Positions 38,915 through 50,308 of a DNA stretch of 64,000 nucleotides are shown here, piece after piece; the first letter of the stretch is position 1, and each line of letters starts with the position of its first letter. The notes under the pieces were generated by a model. The model was not told where the DNA came from and did not search any database. It saw only the letters and a program-made list of their open reading frames with translations. Source of the stretch: Geosiphon pyriformis uo1 (lineage: Eukaryota > Fungi > Glomeromycota). The translations under genes were made by a program, and so were the position numbers. The stretch lies in the NCBI GenBank assembly GCA_016748015.1, contig JAAOMT010000319.1, positions 1 to 64,000 of the forward strand. Reading direction: 5' to 3'.

Positions 38915-40929
38915 ATGAAGTCCTTTCCAACAAAAATTTTGCTTTTAACCATTTTCGCAATTGCTATTACCAATTCACTCCCAAATTTACCACCGTCATC
39001 TACCGGATTCGACTCCCGAATTAAAAATGTTGTCTTACTCGTAATGGAAAACCGTTCATTTTCAAAGATAGCCGGTTATTTTCGTTATTCATCAGAAATT
39101 AAAGGGTTGACCGGTAGAGAATATAATTTGGTCGACCCTTCAGATCAGAAAAGTAAAAAAATCTACGCAACTCAAGATGCTGTCTATATCGATTCAGATG
39201 ATCCGGGTCATTCGGTGAACGACACTTTTGAACAAATTTCTGGATACCCGGGGGATCCAAGAACTAAATTTCGTGATATCCCTCCAATGTCTGGTTTCGT
39301 TCAAAATTTGATTAGAAATTATAAAATTGATGTGAAAGATGAAAAGAGATTAAAACATGTGATGAATGCCTTCAATCCAGATGATGTACCAGTTATTCAT
39401 ACTTTAGCGAAAAATTTTGCATTGTTTGATCGATGGTTTGCTAGTATTCCTGGAAGTACTGTTCCAAATCGATTATTTATTCATTCAGCTACTTCGAATG
39501 GCGTAATTGAAACCTCCTATGACGCTGCTTTTAATGGCTTTGATCAGAGAAGTTTATATGATTCTTTCAATGAGGTAAATATAAATTCTAATTTAATTAA
39601 AATTCAATATCACACATTGTGATTTATACAATTATCATCACTTTACGTCAGGCGAACATCACTTGGAAGAATTATTTCAGCTTCTTCCCAAGTTTGACGG
39701 AATTAAGAAGCTTACGTAAGGATATTACGAAATTCAAAAAACTTCAATCGTTTCTTAACGATGCTAAAAACGGAAAATTACCACAATTTAGTTTCATTGA
39801 TGCGTAAAGTTTTTTAAAATTTTTAAATCTTGCTTCGCTTTCTTTTTTGATTAAAATTCTCAACATGTTATTATATTTTTCTCTTTGATGGATACATCTT
39901 AGGGCTTCTGATTCCAGACCATGCTATAATGGTACAGTTAATGATGAGCACCCTCCTTATAGTGTTGCCGATGGTGAACTTTTTATAAAACAAATTTATG
40001 AAGGTTAGAATTGATCACCATCAAAGTTTTCAAAAAATCGTGACTAAATTAAAATCTTACTCGTATAAACCGAACTTTTATTCCAGCCTTACACGCTTCA
40101 CCTCAATGGAATCAGTCTTTATTCATCTTGACTTTTGACGAACATGGTAAGCTATTGGCTCCGAATAGCTTTTCTTCTTCATATAAACTACCGAATGTCA
40201 CAGTAGAGCTTAAGAAATTGAATCCTAATTTAACTTTCCTAACTACTAATCTCAATTTTCTTTCGCTTCGAATCAAAAGGTGGCTTTTACGACCCCGTTC
40301 CACCGCCTGAGAATGTACCAGCACCAGATAATAAAACTGCTCCATATTTCAATTTTGATCGTTTGGGTGTTCGTGTTCCTACAATTTTGATTTCCCCTTG
40401 GATCGCTAAAGGGAAAGGTAAGGAAATTTTTTCCAAAATGGAGTTTTTAAAAAAGCGCTCAACTAGTCTTTGTTGGCAAAAATTTTTGAATCAAAAACTT
40501 TTTATACAAATAAATTGTTTATTCAAAATATTTCAGTTGTTCATGATCCAATCTTACAACCGGGAAGTTATTATGAACATTCTTCGATTGCAGCTACGAT
40601 GAAACGTGTTTTCAATTTGCCGAACTTTTTAACTAAACGGTAGGTCTATTGTTTGCATTATTACTTCAAACATTCATTCAATTCCGAGACTCATGCCAAT
40701 TATGATTGAACAAATATGTGTCAGCGATGCATGGGCAGGAACATTCGAACACATATGGTCCAAATTACCATCTCCACGTACAGATACTCCAGTTATTCTT
40801 CCATCACCACCAGAAAATTCTCCAGCTTCCTCATCTCGTAAACGCCGTCGTTCAGAAGATGAATTCTCGCCTGAAGCCTGTGCTGAAATTTCAAAGTTTC
40901 TGGCTGCTGTTGAAGCCACCGGACCATAA
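38915..40929 (+). CDS. Secreted phosphoesterase / non-specific phospholipase C (NPC/PlcH/AcpA family)
   Basis: Exons 38915-39574, 39652-39803, 39903-40003, 40087-40146, 40280-40417, 40537-40639 and 40725-40929 join in frame. Signal-peptide-like MKSFPTKILLLTIFAIAITNS. Motifs VMENRSF, DPGHS, FDRWFAS, STVPNR, NDEHP, FDEHGGFYD, RLGVRVP, YEHSSI, RDAWAGTFE. Confidence 0.93.
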
Positions 40930-42029
40930 TAAATTTAATTTAGAAAAAAGTTTTCAAGTGTTTTAAAGAATGAATATCTTTGTGTTTATATATAAATTGA
41001 CGACAATGATTTATACTCACTCGAATAAAATGACTTATCAGGCTAGAATCTGCAATTAATAAAAAAAATAAGAATTTAGCAATCTCTTCAACAAATTTTG
41101 ACCGTTTTCAATTCTTTTATGCAAAAACAAAGCCCCACTTTCTTTTGTCATTCCCTGCTCAGATGGATGAATAGTAATTCTGTTAAACATCAATCAACTC
41201 GTATGTGATGTTGATTTAAAATAAATTCAACTTTTAATCGGTGAATTGCTGTTTCTACTTTTCATTTTCAAAGTCCTCGTTCCGACTTATTCACAACAAA
41301 AATACTGTGGATAGTTTTACAATTGATATGAGCTTGGATCTTTTCAAAATTATAATGAGAAAATAAGCAGAGATAGGAATTTCCTTCTGAAAAAATGAAT
41401 TTAATAAAAATTAACCATTTCGTCAGCCTTTTTACTAATATTCTTAAGGCCACCATATAATTTGGGAAACTTTTTAATGCCTGTCTTTAGTAACTCCTGT
41501 CAATGAATTATTTCCTTATTAGATTTCCAACAAAAATACATTGTACGTCGTGGCTGAATTCAAAGCTATCATAATAATGTTGTTTCCCATATTTAGACCT
41601 TTCACGAACTAAATGAAACCTGTTTTATGCAAGATTAATTCTTGGAAATAAGTTAGATATAATGTTCATAGAAACAATAAAAAGAGAGAATAATAATTAT
41701 TATTATTTTAATTTGCAATATGTATCAGTTCTTTGTATAATATATTTTTTAAAAAACTTATTGATTATTGGATTAAATTTGAAATATAAAGTATGTTGAA
41801 ATTAAAGAAAATATTTTAAGATTGTCATTTTAGTTTTCTAAATATTATAGATAGTAAAAAACCGTGTAACTATAAATACAGTATATCTAAATTTTCCCTT
41901 CAGTGAGATAGATTAAGTCTTTTGAATTAGGAATTCATAAAGTTAAGTATAAATTTAAAATATTAATTAAACTAAATAAATCAATCTTTGAAATCTAACA
42001 CTATAGAATAAATAATGTGACTTATTGAA

Positions 42030-42799
42030 AAATTTAACCATTTAAGCAGTTAAAAGTCTGCTTGTATAAACTGCTCCTGAATAAATATTTATCAGGAATT
42101 TGGCTAAGAATTTTATCACATTATTGTGTTTTATAGTTTTTTCAAAGAGTCAAATACTATTTCGAAGATTTCGTTACCTCATTTTTTCTTCAAAATTTCC
42201 TCTACAAATTTATCCGATTTCTTAAACTGTAACTTCTCAGAACTCTCATTTATAAACTCATCCTCATACGATCAATAAAATCCCAACAATCTATTGTAAA
42301 CCTCCAATTCAGTAGGACGATCCTCAGGAATAGCGTTTCAATGAGCTCAGTGGTAGAAGGTGAAAGGTGATCTAGTGCCATTTAAAATGTTCAATTATAA
42401 GAATGGCATCATGAGAACAATCATGAAAGTGAGACATTCCAGTTGCCAACTCCCATAATAGTATCCCTAAACTATAAATATCGCCAGCCGTTGTAAACTT
42501 TTCTTCTCTTAAAACTACTGGTGGTACATATGGAACCACTCCAAATACTCCTTTTTTGGTGTTTGCCTTGTTTGCAAGTTGACTTAATCCAATGTCGAAA
42601 ATTGTTGTGGTATCTTTATTAAGTTGTAGAACATTGCCCGAGTGTAGGTCACGATGAACGATATCAGCAGAATGAATTGTATCAAGTTCAGAAGCGATAT
42701 TTTTTGTTATAAATAATTTAGCATGTAACGAAGAGAGTGATAAATTTTTATGCAATCATGAGCTTTTGAACTAATTCTTTTTTTTTTAAGGTTTTCCAT
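42030..42799 (-). pseudogene. Tyrosine-kinase-like (HRDLHSGN) kinase pseudogene, inverted paralog of 46845-48232
   Basis: VHRDLHSGNVL, GVVPYVPP, GDIYSLG, WELATG and C-terminal AVYTSRLL (~42050-42080). The N-lobe is deleted and there are frameshifts after ~42390. Confidence 0.88.
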
Positions 42800-44189
42800 A
42801 ATATAGATAAAATTGAAAAATATGATATAATGAGGATATCAATAAAATAATACTCTCTCTAAAAATTAAAAAAGTATTATTTTCAAGTCAGAATTCGTAT
42901 CTCCATGTGAACTACAAAACTCAACTAACACTATTAGCTATAGCATTAAACCAATCAAATTTCTTAATTATAGAGGTTATTTGCATAATTTAAAAGTATG
43001 AATACCTGCAGTACACGAAAAAAAAACATGTAAGATACACAAAGGTCCAAGTATTTAGTGCCAAATAATTTACTGGCTGAAACCATTGTTAATAAACTCA
43101 ATTCAGCTTAAAAATTGAATATTATTGATTAAAATTAGTGTTGGAATAAGAATTTCCAAAAAAATCTTATTCATGGCAGATTATATCTTGAAAAAAAAAA
43201 AGTATTCCTAGTCAATAATAAACGATCTCATTTACAAAAAGATTAAAAGATAAGTAATATAGTTCCTAGTTAATAAACTTTGTTTTTAAAAGAGAAGTTA
43301 TTAGTAATAAAATAGATTTTGTTTTTCTAATTCGAATCATATAATTAGTAATTTTGACTTGAAATTTATTCAATCTTTATACAACTTTTTAACAATAGGT
43401 TTAAATAAAATAAAAAGCAATATTACCACATTTATAATACTTTTAACTTGAAGTTTTTTTTCTACATATTTGATCTTTATGCATAAATGCTTCATTATTT
43501 TCATTTTAACAAACTAAAGAATTACAAATCAAAAAATATGTAATACTTGAAACTTAAACTAAAAATAATTTTATTTAATAAAATAAATTTAATTTAAATT
43601 TAAAATAAACAAAGATAATTGTTTAAACCAAAAAAAAATTAATTCTTGAATTAAAAATTTATTTGTTTAAGAATAAAAATAAATAAAAATCTTTTGAAGT
43701 GCATAATTGTAATTTTATCACACACAAATAAATTAAATTTTAAAAGTACACAAAGTATTGAAATAATAAGAAAAAAGTTGAATAAATAAAAAATTAAACA
43801 AATAGATTTGAAAATTATTTTATAATACGAGTTCATGTAATTATTTTGTTAATATTGATAAGAAAAAAAACTTTTTTTATTAAAAATATTATTAATTTTT
43901 TTTTAATAAAACCAAATAAAAATTTTACTTAACTAATACAATATTATTTTTAAAGTATTTAAAAATTAAAATATTATAAAAGTTATTATTTTAAATTATT
44001 CATAAAAAAATTGTTTAATTCAAAAAACTTTTAATATTAAATTACTGTTCGTGTTAAAGTAAATTTGTTTATTTATAAAATTATTTTTATTTTAAATTGC
44101 ACAAAATGCATGTATTAATTTAATCAATGAAACTAATCGATATTTTATTAAAAAAAATCTTAATTAATAAAATAGTTTTAAAGTTTATC

Positions 44190-44221
<32 letters not shown>

Positions 44222-44945
44222 TATCAAAAATTTATATTACATTTTAATGTTTTTAAAAAATTACTCATAAATTATAATAATAAATTAACTTATTGAATTA
44301 TTGTTAAAATTGTTCAATAATATAAATTTCAATTTTGCTCAACTTAATTTTGTTATAATATTTTGTAGTGTATTTGTATTTGTATTAAACTACAAGAAAA
44401 AATCAAGATAATTAAGATTAAATGTAAATTATTAATTTCTACCAAGCATTTAAATTTATTTTTATTCAAAATAAAATTTATTGTCAATTGAAAAATTAAT
44501 AAAACAGGAAGTGTATTAAAAACTTGCTTTAATGGGTGTACTTACATAAATGTGGCTCATTGCGAACTTTATAAAAATTTCCTAATTTTGAAATTTATCA
44601 TATTTAAATTTAACAAAAGTCATTGACCTAATCATTTATTTACTTATTAAATTTGTATTATTATTATTTTCAGAGTTAATATTGAATAATTTTTTTTGGT
44701 TGTTTTTCCACAATAACCAAAAATTACCATTTAATTTTTTTATCAAACTTTTCAATCTCAAGATTTTTACTCAATTGTTTTTGCAAGAAATAATTTATTT
44801 TGAAAATTTTATCGAAATAATTATATTGACATTTTATTTAAATTGTCTAATTTATTTGCTTTCATTTTAAATACTGATTACTAAACTCACAAAATAGGTA
44901 ACCAAACTATCAAAATCAAGATTCAATTATATTTGTCTAAATTAA

Positions 44946-45743
44946 TTAAGCATTATATTCAGTTTTACTAAAAAAAAGACTTTTTAACTTAGCTAAATCT
45001 TGGTTTATATTGAAAAGATCTCTCTCTAAATTTAAAAAATGCTGCCAAAGAGCTGGGTTGGGATTTTGTTCCAAATTCAGAAATTGGTTAACTCGAAGAT
45101 CATGGTTTCGGATAGCATTAGCTTGGTTGTGCGCCGCAAAAGAGTTCAAGTTATTATTATTCCTAATATGTTGGAGCCTAGGGATAAATTCTTGCTGATT
45201 GTTTATCGGCCTTTGATTAAACTCGTGAGAATTATTATGTTGTACCATTTGAGCCAAAGGGTCCACAATTCTAAAACTTGAACTTTGTTGAATAGAATTT
45301 GAGTTGAAAGGTACTTGCATTAAATTTTGTGAATTGGGTTGCTGGTTTGATTGAGTTTCTAACGATTTTAAAGGGGTCAATGTAAAATTAGCTACATGAT
45401 TTACTGGTTTTTGATTAGGTTCGTGAGAGTTATTTTGTTGTAACATTTGAGCCATAGGATCTGCAATTCTAAAACCTGAACTTTGTTGAATAGAATTTGA
45501 GTTGAAAAGTGGTTGCATTAGATTTTGTGAATTGGATTGTTGGTTTGATTGAATTTCTAACGGTCCTAAAGGAGCAAATGTAGAGGCAGTAACATGACAA
45601 TGATTATGGTTTAATGAAGACGTGAAACTAGAATCATTAAAGGCATTATAATTAGAGAAATTCATATAGGAATTATGATCATTGATTCTCAAGGGTTGTT
45701 GATTTTCGACAAAGTTATGATAATTAGAAACTTGCTCTTCCAT
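44946..45743 (-). CDS. Intronless Q/N/S-rich orphan protein with ~65-aa internal duplication and C-terminal coiled coil
   Basis: 265-codon open frame in very AT-rich DNA. The repeat PL..LE.QSNQQ.NSQNLMQ..FNSNSIQQSS.FRI.DP.AQM.Q.NNSHE.NQ.P.N occurs twice; heptad LWQHFLNLERDLFNINQDLAKLKSLF. Confidence 0.7.
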   Translation of the reverse strand: MEEQVSNYHNFVENQQPLRINDHNSYMNFSNYNAFNDSSFTSSLNHNHCHVTASTFAPLGPLEIQSNQQSNSQNLMQPLFNSNSIQQSSGFRIADPMAQMLQQNNSHEPNQKPVNHVANFTLTPLKSLETQSNQQPNSQNLMQVPFNSNSIQQSSSFRIVDPLAQMVQHNNSHEFNQRPINNQQEFIPRLQHIRNNNNLNSFAAHNQANAIRNHDLRVNQFLNLEQNPNPALWQHFLNLERDLFNINQDLAKLKSLFFSKTEYNA

Positions 45744-46844
45744 GGCTAGGTTTAATATAATAAATTCTATGATTATTAATGAATAAATAAATATCGTTCT
45801 TTATTATTATTGTTCAAAAGGGTGTTTTTAAATAGAATGGTTTGTACTTATGGTTTCACAGCCTGATAATTTTATGAAACAAACATACGCCAGTGATGAT
45901 TTCTTTGCATTGTATTACAGTCAAAATAACCTTCACCTACTTAAAAAGTAACACAGGTTTAATAATAAAAGACGCTTTCTGTGGCATAAGCAAGAAAGTC
46001 TAAAAAAAAACACAGCTGAATAAAATTCCCAGGATATTTAGAAACGCAAAAATCTTTGTAATGCCTAGATTGAACTGATTATAATGCGAAAAGATCTTAA
46101 AATATTGAAGCGAAATTATATTGTTAAGGTAAATTGTGCTATTTAAATTATCGAAAAATTAATTTTTGATAGTAAATAACGAAAAAGTGAATGATTTTTT
46201 GACTTTCCTGGTTAAGGAATCGATTGAAGAGTTTTTGAAAGGCACCTGAAACATTCGCCCAATATAATCAATATTTTACGTTCCATTAAAAATTTATTTT
46301 CTACAAATTTATACTCCCTCTCAGGTTTGAACAAACTATCCATCTCTGTATATTATTTTCGAATGATAAGTTTATCTAAAATAAATTTATTGCTAAGCTT
46401 TCCGATTTTTTTTCAAATAACTCGGAGTATTTTTTTCAGTCTCCTTAAAAAAAAGACCAAATTATATTATAATAAATGTTTATGATTGAAGTTTGATATA
46501 ACTAACACTATATTTTGTCTTTTGGTTTTCTCTATGTATTACAGTGGTTCAAACTAATCAATGGAAATTAATATCATTATTGACATATTTGCAAATTGCA
46601 TAACTGTTCTTCCTGAAAGAACTTTATTAACAATAATTTAAACCAGTAAATTTTTTGGCTATGATTAACTCAATTTTGTGTACTATAAAGAAAAATTTAC
46701 ACGCTTTATTTTACAGTTTTTATCATGCAAATAATCTAGTTCGTTGCACAAATTAATAATTTATAATATTAATAAAAGCTTTTGAAAAGAATCGTTCTTT
46801 TGCAAAATTTACTAAATCCTATTTCTTATTAAAGTTTGTTCACT

Positions 46845-48232
46845 ATGGGAAATTTTCAAACTAAAAAAATCCCCTTTCATGTTAAAAAAACTCGTCCTCT
46901 ACCTCATGATTGCGAAAAATGTGGAATTTGCAAACCTCCCATTGCTTGGAGATATCAATGCGGAGCATGCAAATTGTTTTTTTTAAATAATCTTTACAAA
47001 GACTTTTCGAGTGGCAATAAAATAGTCGATGAGATAATTAAAAATCCAATTTATTTACCTAATGAATATTATCTATGTTATTATTCTGAATGGATTCCTT
47101 GGGAGCGTTTGAAGAATACCGAGAAAATTGCAAAGGGAGGGTTCGGTACCATATATAAAGCAACATGGATAGATGGCCACATTGATTTTACAACTCTACA
47201 TAATAATAATAATAATAATAATATAAACTATAAGAGAAAAGGAGAGATAAACGTAGCAATAAAATTTATGAATAAATCTTTAAAGAGGTAATCAAATTAT
47301 TATGATTATTGATATTTTATCTAAATTTAATTATTTATTCAATTTTAATTAACTACTTATTTCACTTTTGTTAGATAAATATTCAAAGAGCCATGTTCAT
47401 TGAAAGTGGAGACCTTTATAATATCTCTTCGATAATAGGAGTTACACAAAACCTTGAGACACTCGATTACGGGATTGTAATGGATTTTGCTAAACATGGA
47501 GATATGCGGAAACATTTGTCAACAAAACTTCATTCTACTCTTTGGAATAATAAATTACAAATAGCAATCGATATTGCCAAAGGACTTAATAGAATTCATC
47601 TTTCTGGTGTGATGCATTGGGACCTACATTCGGGCAACATTCTACAATTATCTTCTAAAAAAACAATCATTGGAGATCTTGGATTGAGTCAACCGGCAAG
47701 AAATAAAACAGAAAAATCAGGAACAACAACAGAGGAAAAAGGGATATTTGGTGTGATCCCATACATTCCACCCGAAGTTTTTCGGGGAGAAAATTTCACA
47801 ATGGCTGGTGATATTTATAGTTTAGGAATGATATTATGGGAATTGGCAACAGGAAAGCCTCCCTTTCACGATTGTCCTCATGACGCCATTCTTATAATGA
47901 ATATTTTAAACGGTGCTAGACCTGAAATAGCGTCTCCTCTTATTCCACCTTGTTACGCTGGACTAATTAAAAAATGTTGGAATCCCAGTCCATCGAATCG
48001 CCCTACTGCTCAAGAAGTTTATAATGATTTGTATCAATTTTGGAAGGTACTGCGCGATAATAAGTCTATAAATGAAAGATTGCAGTTTGAGGAATCAGAT
48101 AAAGTAGTAAAAGAAATGCTAAACGATGAGACAACAAATTATTCAACAACAATTATTCATCCAGAGGCGGTTTATACAAGTCGTCTTTTAACCGCTCAAA
48201 TGATTGATTTTTCAACAGGTTTGTTCATTTAA
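46845..48232 (+). CDS. Glomeromycotina-type tyrosine-kinase-like protein kinase (possibly decaying)
   Basis: MGN start, CxxC...CxxC, EWIPWERL, AKGGFGTIYKATW, VAIK, HWDLHSGN, DLG, GVIPYIPPE, HPEAVYTSRLL. The intron at ~47288-47374 has a phase problem. Short 3' exons probably extend to ~48460. Confidence 0.8.
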
Positions 48233-49109
48233 CTTAAATGTGTTAGATTTTATTGATTGAACTATGCAATATTATAACTTATTACTAACTCTATGAATTC
48301 TAATCTAAAGGAGTAGTTTATATTCCTGAAGGTAAACAAAAAATATTTAAAGAAAATTCAAATTTAATATGAGGCATTAATAAAACTTCTTTCCTCTCTA
48401 TTATTTTTAGAAACCGGAATCGACTCTTATTTAGTTATCCTTGGTTACATCGTGATTGGTAAACTTTATTATCTTACGAGGAGAAACCTATAATACCACG
48501 ATAAAAGAGATAAATAACTTTTATTATTATATTTTTCAAAATTTTTAAGGGTTATATAATTATATAAAAATTGGTTAAATAAAGTGTTAAAAATAATTAT
48601 TATTCTTAAATGATATAATAAATACATGAAATCGTTCAAAATATCTAAAAGTTTAAAAATTAATTTAAGAGTTAAATTGAGAATCATATTATACTTATTA
48701 ATGTAATAATTAAAACCAATAATCAAATGTTAAAATAATAGTATAGTTTTGTTACAAATAATAAAGTTATTAAAAAAACAAATAAAAATATTTTTTTAAA
48801 AAAATAAATGAAAAATTGGGTATAAAAAAATTAAACAAATAAAATATTTGAATTAATTAAAATTAGAACTTGAATAAATATATTTTGTATAATAAATTTT
48901 TAATGTTAATAAATATATTAACAAAAAATATAAATAGTATATAAAACAATAAGAATTTAATAAATGCAAAGATTGTATTTATGAAAATTTTAAACTGTAT
49001 TTTTTAACTTTAAATGTCGATTTAAAAATTTCTGTTCTTTGAACCAAATCCTTACTCTAGAATCCAAATGATCATATCATTTAGGAAAAAGGTTTACATC
49101 ATAAAGCTT

Positions 49110-50122
49110 TTAATCTTTTTTAGCATTCTGTTTTGCCTGCTGCTCTGTATAGCGCACCCATTGTTCTAGCTCAACTTTTTCCTGAATTTTTCTTTTCACA
49201 TACCATTCAGAATTATTTTCGATCCAATCGAGCAATGCACTTGTGTAAGTATCCTCTTTTAAGGATTTTTTCTCCACAAAAAACAACCCCTCTGCGGAAA
49301 GCATGTGACTCAACCTTGTACCTTTATCCCCATTATTTTTGACTTGTTCCCACAAGGCCATTCGATAGCTTCTTTTTATTCATTTGCAATTCGCTTAGCG
49401 GTACCCGTGTTTCATATAACCCGCCCAACCAATCGTAACGTTCAAAAATGAGAAAAGGATCACCGTTTTCAGGTGACAAGAGTTTCGGATTGAATGAGGC
49501 TTTCCTGGCTCTTAGACTAATACTACGCGGGATCTCAATATAAAAGCGAGACACGTAGGGGGCGCTTACGAAATTTACCAAAATGATTGGGATTAGAGAA
49601 GCTATTCCAACTGGGATCAGGGAAGAATAATACAAATCATGTCCGACAGGCATTTTAAAATTTATTGGAACGAGTCAGATCTAAAATTAAAATCAAAAGC
49701 TTCGTGAATAAAAACCTACCTAAAATACTCCCAATCACAGGTTCCTTGCCCACAGCAAGTATGTAAGGGGTAAGGGCATAACCGCAAGACCCCACCGAAA
49801 ATGAGAATTACTTAAATTGTTTGACTGTTCTACCTAATGGGTCAATATATAGGAGCTCACGGTCCATTTTTTGAGGTTTGATGTCTAATGTGTGTTTTTT
49901 ATCATTTTTATTCTTTTCATCACTAGAAAGGAATCTTGAATGAGAAAAGCTTTGTGAAGACATTTTTCGGAGAAGTGAATTTAAAGTAACATTAAGACGC
50001 GAAATTTTCAAGTTTTCATTGGGAAGTAGACGTGACTTATAATTTGTGCACAAGAAAATTTTAGTTTTAATGTTGACACTATGCAAGGAGTTTGACAATG
50101 AACTGAATACTCGCCACTGCAT
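49110..50122 (-). pseudogene. Mitochondrial TMEM70/TMEM186/TMEM223-family-like gene, disrupted
   Basis: Presequence-like N-terminus, LLYIDPLGRTVKQFK*FSFSV, two hydrophobic segments and PYVSR. In-frame TAA at 49808-49810 and a frameshift near 49380. Confidence 0.62.
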
Positions 50123-50308
50123 CTTGGATAAAGGGTAAATGTGACTAGTCCTCGAGAATAAGAATTCAACATATAATGTGCAGCATGTTTTAAAAAGAAT
50201 CGGAATCAAAGGTCACTTTAAATCCAACAAAGTCAGTTTAAATTTTGATTGGCCAAAGAAGATTTTATCGGACTATTTACGATGACTAAACTTTGATATC
50301 TAAAGCTA

